Origin: Octopus bimaculoides
Taxonomy: Eukaryota
NCBI RefSeq assembly: GCF_001194135.2
Contig: NC_068997.1
Span: forward strand, 29,086,626-29,150,625
Direction of reading: 5' to 3'
Length of the DNA: 64,000 bases
How positions within the stretch are numbered: position 1 is the first letter of the stretch; every line of letters begins with the position of its first letter. Positions 10,740-24,395 of the stretch are shown in pieces. Position numbers and translations under genes: made by a program. The notes below the pieces were generated by a model that was not told the origin of the DNA, ran no database searches, and was given only the letters and a program-made list of their open reading frames with translations.

Positions 10740-10920
10740 TCATCATCAGTTGTCCATGCTGTCATGTGTTGGGCGGTTTGACCAGGGCTGGCAAGCTGGA
10801 AGGCTCCACCAGACTCCAGTTTCATTTTTGGCTTGGTTTCTACAGCTGGATGCCTTTCCTAACGCCAACCACTCTGAGAGTGTAATGGATGATTTTACGT
10901 GCCATCGGCACGGGTGCCAT
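10740..10920 (-). mobile_element. RTE 3' UTR fragment
   Basis: Same family blocks (ctacagctggatgcc.ttcctaacgccaaccactctgagagtgta). Confidence 0.7.
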
Positions 10921-11306
10921 TTGTATGATACACACACACACACACATCTTTTAAATTTGTTTATGGGAAACCTTTTAAATATGCAAATGAAGCCCCTATT
11001 CCATTATGCCAGTCACAATCTAATAATGCTGACTGGTGAGCCAGTTTTGGGGATTCTATCAAACTGTACTGATACAATGTAGGAGAAATACAATAATAAT
11101 AATCTTTGGATGAAATTTATAGACATTTAGTGCATTATTATGCGCATTTCCACAAATCGCGTCTCTTAAGATCACGGTCCATATTCCTGGGATGATTCCA
11201 GTGTAGTCCGTAGTATCTGTGGGTATCGGGCTGACCATCTTCATGGATTCATTTCTTCAGGAGATATAGCATTGATGTATGTTTAACTGAGGGTTGTTTA
11301 TCACTT

Positions 11307-11657
11307 TTGAGGTGTGGGTATTTCTGTGTGTATTTGGTGGGGAGGAGGGGAAGGTGATTAAAAGGTAGGAAGGAATGGTAGTTCTATGGGGATGGAGGTG
11401 TGTGTGGTGATGTTGCACTTATTCTGCTATTCAGTCTGCAGATGTCGAGGATGGATAGCACATTCTCATTTAAGGAAGGACTGACCACCACTACTGTTGG
11501 CAACCCATCATTGACCCATCTGCTGGATAAATAGCTAATTAAGTCCATCACCATCACACACACCTACCTTACTCATATAACTACCATTCCCTCCTCTCTT
11601 TCCATCATCTTCCCCTTCTCCCTACCTAATACACCCAGAAATTCCCACATACCTCAA
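11307..11657. repeat. Foldback element, ~140-bp purine/pyrimidine arms
   Basis: ttgaggtgtgggtatttctg..gcagatg versus catctgc..cagaaattcccacatacctcaa. Confidence 0.75.
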
Positions 11658-11893
11658 CCAAGCTTTGCACTGATCAGAAGGGACAAGCATCCCTCTGTTG
11701 AGCATCCATTAATGTTATATCGCGTGAAGAAATGAATCCATAAAGATGATCAACCCAATGGCCACGGATACTATGGACTACCCTGTAATCATCCCAGGAA
11801 CATGGATTGTGATCTTTAGAGACATTCTGTTTGTGGAAACACATGTGATACATTAACATGTTTGTAAATTCCCTAAGAAAAGTTGTTGCTATT

Positions 11894-11944
<51 letters not shown>

Positions 11945-12169
11945 TACACACTATGTAGGTAGGGAAAATGAAATATGTAATGGTGACTAATACCAAAGAA
12001 TTTTTCCAACTTCCTGTTTTGTTTGATAGGGTTAAGATCTAAGCTGTGTCCTCTTGAAGCACAGCTTCTTATTTCAGTAATCCAAATCTGTATGTAGATA
12101 TCGTATTTGTGTGAGGTAGGCATAAGAGTTGCAAAATACTGGAAAACATCTTCTGCAGAGTAATAATAA

Positions 12170-12421
12170 CAAAACAGGAGATTGGACAATTTTTTGGTAT
12201 TATCTATTCATTATTACATGTGTTTCATTTGCTAGTAGGAGTTAACAAAATTGTACACATATAGAAAACCTGTGAAATATTTGATTCTCTGTCAGAAGAA
12301 TTTCTGATAGGAGATATCTTGCATGTTTTCTATGTGTACAATTTTGTGACTCCTATTAGCAAATGAAACGCATGTAATGGTGAATGAATAATAGCAAAAA
12401 ATTTTCCAATTTCCTGTTTTG
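12170..12421. repeat. ~250-bp imperfect palindrome with a 4-nt loop
   Basis: caaaacagga..tcagaa-gaat-ttctga..tcctgttttg; an extra partial arm sits at 11966-12021. Confidence 0.8.
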
Positions 12422-12929
12422 ATTTATATTACATACACACACATACATGAGAAGGAACAAATGAAATAGCGTAATTACTTGCCCTGCATATAAAGTATAA
12501 TATCATAGCCTGTTTAAATAACTCTTCGTTTAATATGTTACACTATTTCAGTGACTACTAAATGCCCGTTGATAAATCTTCAGTAATATGAGTATAAAAA
12601 AAAAGAGAAAAATGATTATCTTTTTCCTGTTTTTAAACTAGAAGCACTTCAGTTTTATCTTCATTCCTTTTTTATATTTGTAGATTGCTGCTTCTTATCA
12701 GTTACCTAAAATTGGTTTCATCACTCCTTGCCTTCTGTTTTATTCCAGGTTTTTTAGGTTTACCTTAGCCCTGATAATATCAAGCCATGCTTATATATAT
12801 TTATCTTGAACAATATGTACTTTCCCAGGCAAACATTAATCATGAAATAAAGTTTGCAAGTTTGCAAGTTTGTCAGGTATAAGGAATAAGAGAACTTTAA
12901 AGCTTATGGTTTTCAAAATTCTGTCTAAC

Positions 12930-13282
12930 AGTGTGGTTAAAAAGTTTGCTTCCCATGTACATGGTTCCAGGTTCAGTCCCACTGCATAGCACCTTGGGCA
13001 AGTGTCTTCTATAAAATTGGGCTGACCAAAGCCTTGTGGATTTGGTAGATGGAAACTGAAAGAAGCCTGTCTGAGACGAGTAAAAGTACACACACACACA
13101 CACGTGCCTCTCTGATTGTCCCCTATGCCAGTATTGGTTTGTTTATGTCCCTCAAGCTTGACAGTTTGGCATAAGAGACCGATAGAGTAAATACTAGGCT
13201 TAAAAGTAACAAGCACAGTGAGTTATTTGTTTGACCTTCATGGCCACAGTTCAATGACTGAAACAAGCAGAAGATAAAAGAT
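12930..13282 (+). mobile_element. tRNA-derived CORE-type SINE (Octopus OR/OK-like)
   Basis: tRNA-like head (gtgtggtta..ggttcagtcccactgc), accttgggcaagtgtctt core, (CA)n, and a gactgaaacaag..taaaaga tail. Confidence 0.75.
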
Positions 13283-14751
13283 CTTGCTTGAATAGCCCAA
13301 GTTTTATAAATATTGATATTTAGTAGACATTTAAACATATTTGGCATTCTTTCTTTTCCTGGCTGTATATCTGTTGAGTCTAAACTTTATATTAAAGTCA
13401 TTACATTATGTGCTGAATGACAGAGATGACCTTTATTCTCACATAGTCATAAAAGTTAGAACTCCTTTTAAACAATAAAAACATCTTTCTTCTGTCAAAA
13501 TTTGATAGAAATTTTGAATACTTCAATCAAGATGTTAAAGGAAAAAAGCCTCCAGTATTTTGTTTACTGTCAGTCAGGCTAGTAGTAGCCAATCAGTGTC
13601 TAGATGTACTCAGTTTTTATCTTCGCACAGTACTAGAAATGAAATTGTTTTGCTGTTGGTCTATCTGAAAAACTAGTACACCTTATTTGTATATTATTAA
13701 TATATAACTCAAGCTGTTTATATAATATTGAATTCTTACAACTTTTCTGTATGTATGTATGTATACATGCACATATGAATATACTTGTTCCATAGCTGTG
13801 TCATTTAATAAATACGATGATGATATATAGTTATAATGGTTTATCATTAGTTCAAGTCTTCTGATTGTGAAACCTTGAATACTGGTTTTAACATGGATGA
13901 ATTGACTTAGATTTTCTTCTCTTATATGCTCTATTTTTTTTTTGAACATTTGATAAACCAATTAACTTCAGTATTCATCATTAAGCAATGTTGTCTTGTA
14001 ACATTTGAAAATATTTTTGGCACAGTTTTGGCTTTTTCATGTGTGTTGTGAAAATTTGGGTTGCGTCAATGTTACACTGAATTTCCTGGTTGTGTCATTT
14101 TCTTAGCTATATTGCCAAAAAACCCAGTTACAAACAGCAAATACTGAACATCCATACTTGCTGGAGAGGTTGCAGTGAACTAATAGCTGTGCATTTGCTT
14201 TTTAAATTCAGCAAAATATTTGATAAGCTTAATGACAGTAGTTAATACTGAGAAATGTAGATAATATTCACAAAAATTGGGATTCGTACCTTATATTATT
14301 AAACAATATTTATGTGGCTATTATGTGAAAAGACTTTCAGTAATGATGCCATGAAATCTTCAAGATGAAGGCTACTGCGTTAGGAGGGTTCACTTTGATA
14401 AGAAAATAAAGATAAACACTGAAAGAAAATTTTAGAAGTAAATTTAATGACTTTTTTTTTAAAGCACCTGCCAGTGTCAAGGGAGACTGAAAATATCTTA
14501 GATATCATGGCATCCGTTTTCCATGGGTAAGACGGTTTGACTGGAGCTTGAAAGCTGCACCAGGCTGTTTTGGCTTGGTTTCCACAGCCGTATGCCCTTC
14601 CTAATGCCAACCACTTTACAGTGTACTGAGTGTCTTTCATGTGTCACTGGCCACAATTACGTTTTTGGCTGGATATGGCCAGTTTAAATGCTAAAGAGTT
14701 AACAGATGATGCAAATGGTGAGACAATTTTTCAAGTTTGGTGTTTAGGTGC

Positions 14752-15170
14752 AAATGTGGCTTTGTGGTTACAAAGCTTGCTTCCCAACTGTGTGGTCTTG
14801 AGTTCAGTCCCACTATGCAGCAACTTGGCCAAGTGTCTTATACTGTAAATACGGACTGAACAAAGCCTTGTGCATGGATTTGGTAGAGGGAAACTGAAAG
14901 CAGCCCATTGCATGTGTGTTTGTGTGTGTGTTCCCTTGTCTTAACATCACATGATGATTGTAAGTAAGCATCGCTATTGTGCAAACAATATTGTTTAGTT
15001 CCAGTCTTCCATGGAAAACATGACTGGCCATGGGGGGAAATATTGCCTTGCTTGGAAATAGGTGAGGGTTGGTGACAGGAAAAGCATCCGGCCATATAAA
15101 ATCTAATTCAACAAATTACATCTGACCATTGCAAACATGGAAAAGTGGGTGTTAAATGATGATGATGATG
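14752..15170 (+). mobile_element. tRNA/CORE SINE with an RTE-like (GAT)n tail
   Basis: Same head as the 12930 copy but a different 3' part ending gtgttaaatgatgatgatgat. Confidence 0.7.
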
Positions 15171-15464
15171 GAGCATTATATATGAAGACTCCGACAGGGG
15201 GTGGTGGTGAACCCTGCTGTACTCTTTCACCACAACTTTCTCTCACTCTTTCTTCCTGTCTCTGTTGTGCCTGTAATTCAAAGGGCCAACCTTGTCACAC
15301 TATGTGTCATGCTGAATCTCCCCAAGAACTACATTGAGGGTACACGTGTCTGTGGAGTGCTCAGCCACTTGCACGTTAATTCCACGAGCAGGCTGTTCCG
15401 TTGATCAGATCAACTGGAGCCCTCGACGTCGTAAGCGACGGAGTGCCATGATATATGAAGAAAC

Positions 15465-16060
15465 ATGTTCCCCTCTAAGATATTACAGCAATGGTTGCTC
15501 ATGGTGCAAAAGCAATGACTGATCATTAGAAAAGATTTGCTACGTTTACTCATAGAAAAGGTTTCTGATCTACAGATTGTTCATTGTGTATTAAAAAGAC
15601 ACCATCATTTATCCAATAAACTCCTGATGCCTTAAACATGTGTATCAAGTTGATAAAAAAAATCAACAAAAAGAAAAAAACAAACAAACTGAAAATACAT
15701 CCTCTGAATTCACAACTGTTTGCAATATTGTGTGAATAATAAAATAATGATGCTTTTAGCCTATTACTTTTGCACGCACAGAATGGTTGTCAAGAAGTGA
15801 CAGCTTGCAAAGACTTGTTAACTTGTATGACTCAGCAGTGGAGTTTCTTGCTGATGTAGAGCCATTACTATGTGACTAGTTGCAAAAGTGTATGAAGCAT
15901 CTGTTCTGTTTGTCAGACCCACATTCATAATGTTATGGAATATAGAAATATCTGCAAAGTGAAGATGTAGCAGTTACTCAAGCTCAAACAACCCTAATAA
16001 GCTTTCAAGTCAAAATAGGTTTATTAATCTGTATCACCTTGTAGAGATTTGAAGTATTTT
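15465..16060 (+). mobile_element. Decayed hAT (Buster/Charlie, ZBED5/SCAND3-like) transposase fragment
   Basis: Frameshifted translation gives ..HGAKAM.. (DGAPAM-like), IVHCVLKRH (HCxxHR-like), HPLNSQLFAILCE and LLL..WLSRSDSLQRLVNLYDSAVEFL (HTEVRWLS region), with in-frame stops. Confidence 0.75.
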
Positions 16061-19000
16061 TTTTTTTAGGCATACAGCAATTTGGTTAAGAAGCAGCTGG
16101 AAGCATTTCGAATTTTAAATCCCTAATTCATCTAATCTCTTTCAGGATGTCTTTGATCAGTTGGAATCGATCTGTTTCTTATGATTCATCACAAAATTAA
16201 TCTACAAACGCAAAAACTTTGCTTGAGATATGAATCTTAGGTTTACGTGTAACTACACCCATGTTTCTTGTTTGCTTGAGCCAGCCATAGAACAAATTTG
16301 TTTTACCCTTGCAAACAGAATCAGATATGATCTAACAATTTTATTTCATTGGCAATTATTATAATCATTATGTGAGCAGTGGTGTTGCTAGAGACAGTAG
16401 CAAACCAGATTAGGCAGTTTTTTTTACTGTTCAAATTATTCTTTCCCAGGGACCAACTGACCCTCCTTTCTCTGACAAAATTGATCTGGTGTCTAGGAAC
16501 TTTTCATTATTTACTTTTCTTTATATATATATATATATATATATATNNNNNNNNNNNNNNNNNNNNNNNNNNNNNNNNNNNNNNNNNNNNNNNNNNNNNN
16601 NNNNNNNNNNNNNNNNNNNNNNNNNNNNNNNNNNNNNNNNNNNNNNNNNNNNNNNNNNNNNNNNNNNNNNNNNNNNNNNNNNNNNNNNNNNNNNNNNNNN
16701 NNNNNNNNNNNNNNNNNNNNNNNNNNNNNNNNNNNNNNNNNNNNNNNNNNNNNNNNNNNNNNGGGCAGGGGTAAAAAGTGGTTTACCCTTAATTTATACG
16801 GCAAATAAGAAAATGGAGAGGATACAAAAATGACATACATCATCTGGTAGACATTGTATTATGTCTGTTTATTCCAAAACAAAAGGAACTGATCTTTTAA
16901 TCTTTTACTCTTTTATGTATTACTATTACTAGTATATATTTGTGTAGCACACAGTCTTTGCATTGTGTATCTATTCTTATAATACTCCCTTTTGTTTTGG
17001 AATAAACAGACATAATAGAATGTCTACCAGATGATGTATGTCATTTTTGTATCCCCTCCATTTTCTTTCAATTTTGATTTTAATATATTTTCGCCATTTT
17101 TATACTTGTTTATGGTATCTTTATACCTATAATGAATTTTTTCAATATATATATAAAAAATTATATATGTAAAATTATATATATATATATATATAATTTT
17201 ACATTTTGTCATAGATGCTTATGTGGTAGTTGAGTTTTTATTGTTGGTTGTTTTGTAAAATCTATTTGAGCTAGTTTATTTAGAAACCACTTGATTTCAT
17301 AGAAAAGTAGCTGTAACATTAACATCATCAGTTCAATTATACAAAAGATGTCTGTCTTCAATGTCAAAAGAGTTAATGAGAAGGCTTTTATCACCAACAA
17401 CAATACCAGTAATATTGGTGCCACTAATCCTACTACTACTAATGATAAAACAAATATATTCTATCAATAACAGTACTTTTGGTCAAGTCAACTATTTGGT
17501 CACTTGCTCAATTCTCCCTCATGAAAAGGTAGTGGGTCTACACTTTGGATAATGTACTCCCAAATACACTGTCTGAAACCAAAAGTTTTGGTCATGGCTA
17601 GAATGTCTTTGGTCATGTGGCTGATTAGGCTAATCAGCAATAACAAAAAAATCTTGTTAGTGCCCAAACCTGATTAACTCCAGAGTTGTAAAAGAGTTAA
17701 TCCAGCTTAGATCTTTTCTTATATACAAATTCAAGGTCAATCAAAAATGCCAGCTAGTCAATAAGTTTCCTCTATGTGGAATGTATCTGGTTTGTGATCG
17801 TGAATTAGTCACTTGGTTATTTTTGCCTAGAAACTGTTTAATCAGAGTTGACTGAAACAATTTATTACACCAAAATCAACAAACTGACTAATATCGACTT
17901 TCTGCACATCCATCCCAGCGTGTTGATGTTACTTATTATATTGAGCTTTTAGGGATAAATAGCTGTGAACTGAATCACAAGATTGCTTTAAATTATTCAA
18001 TTGGTCTTTCAACTCTAACCAACCTGTCTTTGTGTTGGTTATGTGGACTTTATAAATTATTTCTGTGGATGTGGCTTCACTTGCTATATTCAGAACATAG
18101 TAACCCTGCAGATATTTATCTTTTGGAAAATTTTATTGCTGTTGATCAATAAACCATTAGTTGTTTTGAGTTTGAAAACTGGGAATACTACTTTTTTTTT
18201 TTGCAGGGAAACTAATTTTCCTTCTGTGGTTACTTAAGTATTATTATTAAACCATAAGTGTGATCACTCGGCTGTGTGTTGTGTTCTTGAGCAAGACTCT
18301 TTATTTCATGCTGCTCCAGTTCACTCAGCTGTAGAAATGAGTTGTGATGTCACTGGTGCCAAACTGTATTGGCTTTTGCCTTTCCCTTGGATAACATTAG
18401 TGGTGTGGAGAAGGTGAGTCTGGTATGCATGGGCGACTGTTGGCCTTCCATAAACAAATTTGCCTTGGAGGGGAACTTTCTAGGTGTAATCCTATGGTCA
18501 TTCATAACTGAAGGGGGTCTTTAAGTATGACCTGTTAATTTGTGTAAATCCTTGCTGTAGATTAAAGCGTTAGTATTTTCGTTTTTAACAAACTGAGAAA
18601 TGATCAGCATCATTTTGCTTCTCTTTGTCCATGTAGGCATGTACTGGATGGATTTTACAATCATCTCCTAACCATGGCAACAGTGAAAAAGAAGCAAATT
18701 CTGTTATGCATGCCATTATTTTTGGATGCACTTCTCATTACTTTACAGTATGGACTAAATGCAGCATTTTATATGTGCCACTGGTTCTAGAGAAGTTTCC
18801 TCTGCCTTTTCTTATTTCTGTTCATTCGTTCAGTTTCATAGTTCACTATAGTCTATGTTAAACCTTACCATTTGGTTTTCATGCAGAGTATGTCATTCAG
18901 TAACCTTTGCTTCATGTTATCATGTCACCTAGTGTTTTTTTCACAAAATATCTATATATCTCATATCCACATAGGAAGCACATGGCTTCGTGGTTAGAGT

Positions 19001-19565
19001 GCTGGACTCATGATCATAGTAAGATTATGGTTTTAATTCCTGGACTGTGTAATGTGCTGTGTTCTTTAGCAAAACCATTTCACATTGCTTCAGCTCACTC
19101 AGCTAGTGTAAATGAGTGATCCTGTGATGGATCAGTGTCCCTTCAGTGGGGAAAGTATACATCAAAGAAACTGACCCTATACTCCTTTACGGAGTAATGT
19201 GTACTAACACTCGGCTCCACTTTGTCTAGTAGTACTGGTTAAAAACTATATTTTGCTGAGAAGGTCTAATAAGACTGAAAAATGTCTGGAGTCCTCACTA
19301 TACTGCCAAGATAATACTCACTCCTCATTACATTTCTCACATTCTATTTATAATTAATTTCAATTAAATTTAGGCTTGCCTACCTTGTCTTTCTTTGATT
19401 AAAACTAATCATTAAACTAATGATTCTTTCTCTTCACATGTCTAATTTTAATTAAAATTTCTTGGTTCACTTTATTATTGGCACCAACCTTTCTGCTTCA
19501 CTTTCAAGAATTTTTTCTCACTCTTTGTTGGATTGCTTCATTTGCATGTTTGTGTGTTATGATGC

Positions 19566-19915
19566 TTGCTTCTCATCACATGGTTCCAGGTTCAGTCGCA
19601 CTGCATGGTACCTTGGGCAAGTATCTTTTACTATAACCCCGTGTTGACCAGATCCTTGTGAGTGGATTTGGTAGATAGAAACTGAAAGAAGCCCATATAT
19701 GTCTGTCCTTTTTGTTTGTCTCCTCCCCCCACTACCTGACAACTGGTGTTGGTTTACCTCCCTGTAACTTAGTAGTTCATCAAAAGAGAGCAATACAAGA
19801 AGAACCAGGCTTTAAAATAGGGAAATGAATACTGGGATGAATTCATTCCAATAAAACCCTTCCATGTGGTGCCTCAGCACAGCTGCAGTTCAATGGCTAA
19901 CACAAAATAGAAGAC
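19566..19915 (+). mobile_element. tRNA-derived CORE-type SINE
   Basis: ggttccaggttcagtcgcactgc..accttgggcaagt..gtggatttggtaga..gaaactgaaagaagccc. Confidence 0.7.
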
Positions 19916-20551
19916 AGCTGCTGTAGTACTGGTCATAAACATTGTTACTCTGTAGGTATTGTAATGGCTTAAGAGCAGAATATGATGAAGTGTACTATAG
20001 ACATTTAGTGTTATAAGATATACTAATTGTTTACATGTCAGCTGGTACTTTACAAAAAAAAGAAAAGGAAACCTGTATTCATACCATCAACACAGTTTGA
20101 CAATGTATTATGTTTTTATCATCATTGTATTAACATCCACTTTTCCATGTTTGACAGAATTTGTTGAGGCAGATGTTTTGCAACTGGATCCTCTTCCTAT
20201 CACTTACCCTCCAATTTTTTCCAAGCAAGCCAATACTTATCAATAGCCAGACATGTTTTCCACAAAAGACTGGAAATCAACATGATTTGTCTGATGGTCC
20301 ATTCCCAGTCATCATGTAATAGCAAGACAAGGCTTGCATGCATAAACACACACACACACACAACAGGGCACTTCCCATCTCCCAAATCCATTCACAAGGT
20401 TTTGGTTGGCCTGGGGCTATTGTTAGTCATTTAACTCAAGGTGCCATGAAATGGGACTGAACTCAAAACCACATGTTAAAGAAGCAAACTTCTCAACCAC
20501 GCAGCCACAGACAGTTTTCTGTCTCCATTTTCTTAGTTCTCATGTTCACTT

Positions 20552-20960
20552 TTGAATCTGAATTACCATATCCTAAAGATGGCCCTCTTTAGCGATACTG
20601 AGACTGGAGGTAGGCCTCACGAACATCTAAAACTTTGTCTTCCTGATCATCTCAAGCAGTCTCTTATTTTATGTGGTGTCTCTGCCAATTGGTTGGAGGC
20701 CCTGGCTGTTGATTGGAAGGCATGGAAGTCCGTATGTGATGCTAGAGCAGAGTGCTTTGAAACTGAATGCAGAAGATTGCATGAAGGGAGAAGCAAATGT
20801 CATCAACCCTCTGTGGCTGTTGTTTGGAGTCACTTTCAGTGCCCTCACTGCCACAAGATCTGCCTGTCTCTCATATTGGTCTTGTCAGCTATATCTGCCC
20901 CCATGAGAAACAATATGCTGAAGACAGAGGAGTATGAATGACCTGGATCAACCCTGTCAT
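20552..20960 (+). mobile_element. RTE (BovB-like) LINE ORF C-terminal remnant with C2H2-like zinc finger
   Basis: ORF LKMALFSD..GRP..LKQSL..WLEALAVDWKAWKS..FE..R..FQCPHCHKICLS, then frameshifted IGLVSY..H. This is the RTE C-terminal pattern. Confidence 0.75.
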
Positions 20961-21949
20961 CACCTTCGGTGGGCTCTCATAAGCAAGTAAAGCTCATGTT
21001 CCATTTATGGGTTTTTTTTAAAAAAAACCCTTGTTATTTTCATTTTTCTTCAGCATTTACCAAACATTACTTTAAAATTTTTTTACAAATACCCTGTTTT
21101 TTTTGTTTTTTTCCCCTGAAAGTCATGCTCTCTTTTATCATTTATCCTTCAAATGCTTTCTTCATATGACAATCTAATCTCTTAATCCAGCTCACATCAA
21201 TTCTTCTCCACTCTCACACTCTACATACATGTATATATTTATCTTGCATATTTCATCTGGAACAAGATAATGGAATTCATCTAAATTCTTCCTGTATGTT
21301 TTTTGTCTCTATTATTATTCCATCAGTCTGCAACTATCTTTAGATAAGATTTTTAAATTTAGATCATTTCCTTAGACACAGCTCTTATTCAATACTTGCA
21401 TCATTTTGAAAGCTACTTCAGAAAGCTACATTTACACCTAAAGTACCAAAAACTCAGTTACCAATGTAAAACATTCATAATCACTAATTACATCTGCCAT
21501 GTAATTAGTGATTACTTGCAATTGAAAATATTATATGTAATTTTTTTTCCCCCTACAAGGTATATGAACATCAGTTTCTAAAGTTATTTTACATATCCTT
21601 TGTCCTTGTTTACAATTTACCCCTAAACTGGATGTCCTGAAAATGAAATGGGTTTTAATCTTTTAAGATGGTTCTCACATCAGAGGATTATAGGAGTGTG
21701 TACCAAAAACTCCCCCACTCAAATTTATGTAACACTATCATTATGTGGGTATGTGTTATCTTGGAATATTATCTTTCTTCTGTTGGCAACAGCTGCTTGC
21801 TGCCAATAGCCAACAATATTAAGGTACAATTTGGCAATAACCATTTGGTTAGCATTTACAACATCAGTTATAAATTTCTCATAACAGGCTCTTTTTGAAA
21901 TACTGTTCTGTTTCCAGTTATTTGTTTTCTGAAGCTACTATTTATTAGG

Positions 21950-22900
21950 TGTCAGTGTTGACAGCAAATGCCTTAAGTTTGAATTCTCAGATGTTTTTGT
22001 AGTGTAACTGGGGTCACTAATTCTTTGTGAATGTGGCTATTGTTCAGTGTGCAATCTCTGAACCAATGCAGTTGCCTCTGTTTGAAGTGTGTCTGCTTGG
22101 TTAGAATTGCAGATTTCCCAAGCTCTGTGGTTTTATATGTATTGCTAAGACGCATTTCAGACATTCTTGTGGAACAAATTTATGTTTGCCTAAAAGATGT
22201 TTGAGCTGCACCTTATGTGGCAGATGTGAAGATGTTCAACATTTTAATAGCAAAGGTATAGATCTTGTTGCTGAAAAGAAATGTGGATAGGATGTTCATT
22301 TGTGTTTGTCTACATTGTCTGGATAGAATGATCACATCCATCTTAATTGCTCACAAAGTTGTCAGAGATTGCAGAACTAAAGTTACAAAAATTTGTAGAT
22401 GAGCTTCAGATTGTATTGTAACTTAGAGTAGGTAAAAAAAATTTTTTTTAGTTAATTTGTGCAAAGAGCTTCCTAACAATGTGGATGAAAAATACCTCAA
22501 TAGATTTTACAGTTGCTTTTGTACAATGATGATGATGATATCCCTTGTATTTTTGTGTAATAACACCCTTACTGCCATTACAGGCTCACTGATAAAAGTT
22601 TCTTATGCACAGACAATTTCAGCTGGAAAGCTGTTACCTCTGGGAGCTTTCCATGTGGCAAGTGTGTTGGATATATTGCTAATCCATTTTGTTGTTTCAA
22701 AGTTTTCATTCATTCATTACACACATTCCTTTAATGATACTCAGAACACCATCACTGACAGTGTTCTCTTGACAGCCTTCAGGTCTAATCATTGCTTTAT
22801 CTGGTCCACTGTCACCCTTGCTGTACTTTAGTCTTCTTCCTATCTTCAGTGTCATAGTTAATTTACTGTTCTACAACCACCACACCCAGCCCGGATTTTA
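21950..22900 (-). mobile_element. Highly decayed RTE-type LINE ORF remnant
   Basis: Minus-strand pieces KAPRGNSFPAEI (KAPGxDGIPAE-like), LSTFLFS..MLNIF and KQRQLHWF..HIHKEL (RQLRWxGH..IPKxLL-like). Confidence 0.5.
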
Positions 22901-23164
22901 TCATTTAAGTAACATAAATATTTACTTCTCATTGTCCAGCTCAGCATTTCATGTGTGCTTCTACTATTGTGTATCTATAGCAGCTGATGGCCTAATTCTT
23001 GTTCTGTTTGCAACAAATCCCACTGCACCTTTTCTTTATTCGTTGAGTACACAGTGAAAAAAGTTGCTAACTATTCTTTTCCTCCGTATCAAGCAAAGAG
23101 CCTTCCCATGTTGTCATAAGGATCTTTTCAGATTGTGGCACAAGACCAGCAAGTTTGGAGGAGT

Positions 23165-23335
23165 GGGTAAGTCAATTACTTTGCCCCCCCCTGCCCCCCC
23201 CGGTGCTCAATTTAGTACTTATCGACCAAGAAAGGATGAAAGGCAAAGTCAACAACCTTGGTGGAATTTGAACCTAGAATGTAAAGATGGACGAAATGTT
23301 GCAAAGCATTTTACCTGGCTGCCAGCTTGTTTCCT
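23165..23335 (-). mobile_element. MetaSINE-like SINE, reverse copy
   Basis: tagtacttatcgacc..gaaaggatgaaaggcaaagtc..tggaatttgaacctagaa. Confidence 0.55.
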
Positions 23336-24175
23336 TCAGGATTTTGTGCATTAACATGGCAAAATATAAATGCTAGTTAGTAACTTGTCATCATTACTAG
23401 AAAAGTTAGATGTTAAAACAAAGATAAAGATGCTGATGAATTACTAACTGTAACTTTTATATAATGTTTTACATATTTAAAAAACTTTATACTTAAGGAA
23501 TAAATCTATATCTGTTAATTTCATTATCATCTCTGGTATTTTTTGTGCGTGATTTGTTATAATAATAATAATAATAATGTTTAACCAATATTGTATGAAT
23601 CAATATTACAAAATGTTTATTTAGAAATATACCAAAGTCACTTATCTAACAAAGCAGCTATTATTAAACATGTTTATAAAAGCATTTATGATCTATTTTT
23701 GAAACAATGTCTTGTTTTGTTTCCAATGATAAATTCTTAAAGTTCAGCTTTCTCTTTGGCAAACTTTATTAATGGCATTACTAGAACATTTTTTTCATTG
23801 TAGATTCTATTATCTGAGTAGACAATATGTGGAGGTCATTTAAAAGCCTTCTTTCTATTATGCCAGTGAACAGGGCATCGTTTGATATGCAGTTTGATTT
23901 GAAGGACTCTGTAAAATAGGATTTTGTTTTTGTTTGTGTATAAGCATTTATATATCTTCATACCTGCATGCGTGCACATGTGTGCCTTTTTAAAATAGGT
24001 TTAGAGATCCTTTTTTTTTTCTTTTGTGCCAGTTGAAGTTTGATTAGTCTTCATTTCTTAGACCTGTGGATTTGGTTAATTAGCACCAAACACCTTCCAT
24101 GGCATCATTGTACAATATGCAGCAAAAATTCAACTTTGTCTATTAAGTTTAATGCATGCAGATTTATATCCTCGA

Positions 24176-24395
24176 CCCTTTAGCATTCAGATTATTTTGT
24201 CAGAATTAATTCTTACTTAGTCACATTTAAAAAAATTAATCTGGTATTATCTCGTAGCTTTAAGATTTCAAAGATGTAATTGTTTATTTTTAGAACGACA
24301 TTGCAGGGTAGGTGTGAGATGCTGGTCCTGGCCAGCTTGAACATAAAACTGGTAGAATATTTGGGCTGGATGCAGCTGGTTTAAACACTAAAGGG
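24176..24395. mobile_element. piggyBac-type MITE (family 2)
   Basis: CCCTTTAGCATT ... AACACTAAAGGG with internal similarity to the 25330 copy; TSDs decayed. Confidence 0.7.

Noticed and set aside
12930-13000. tRNA-like sequences here and at other SINE heads
   Set aside because: They are decayed SINE heads without an intact cloverleaf, not tRNA genes.
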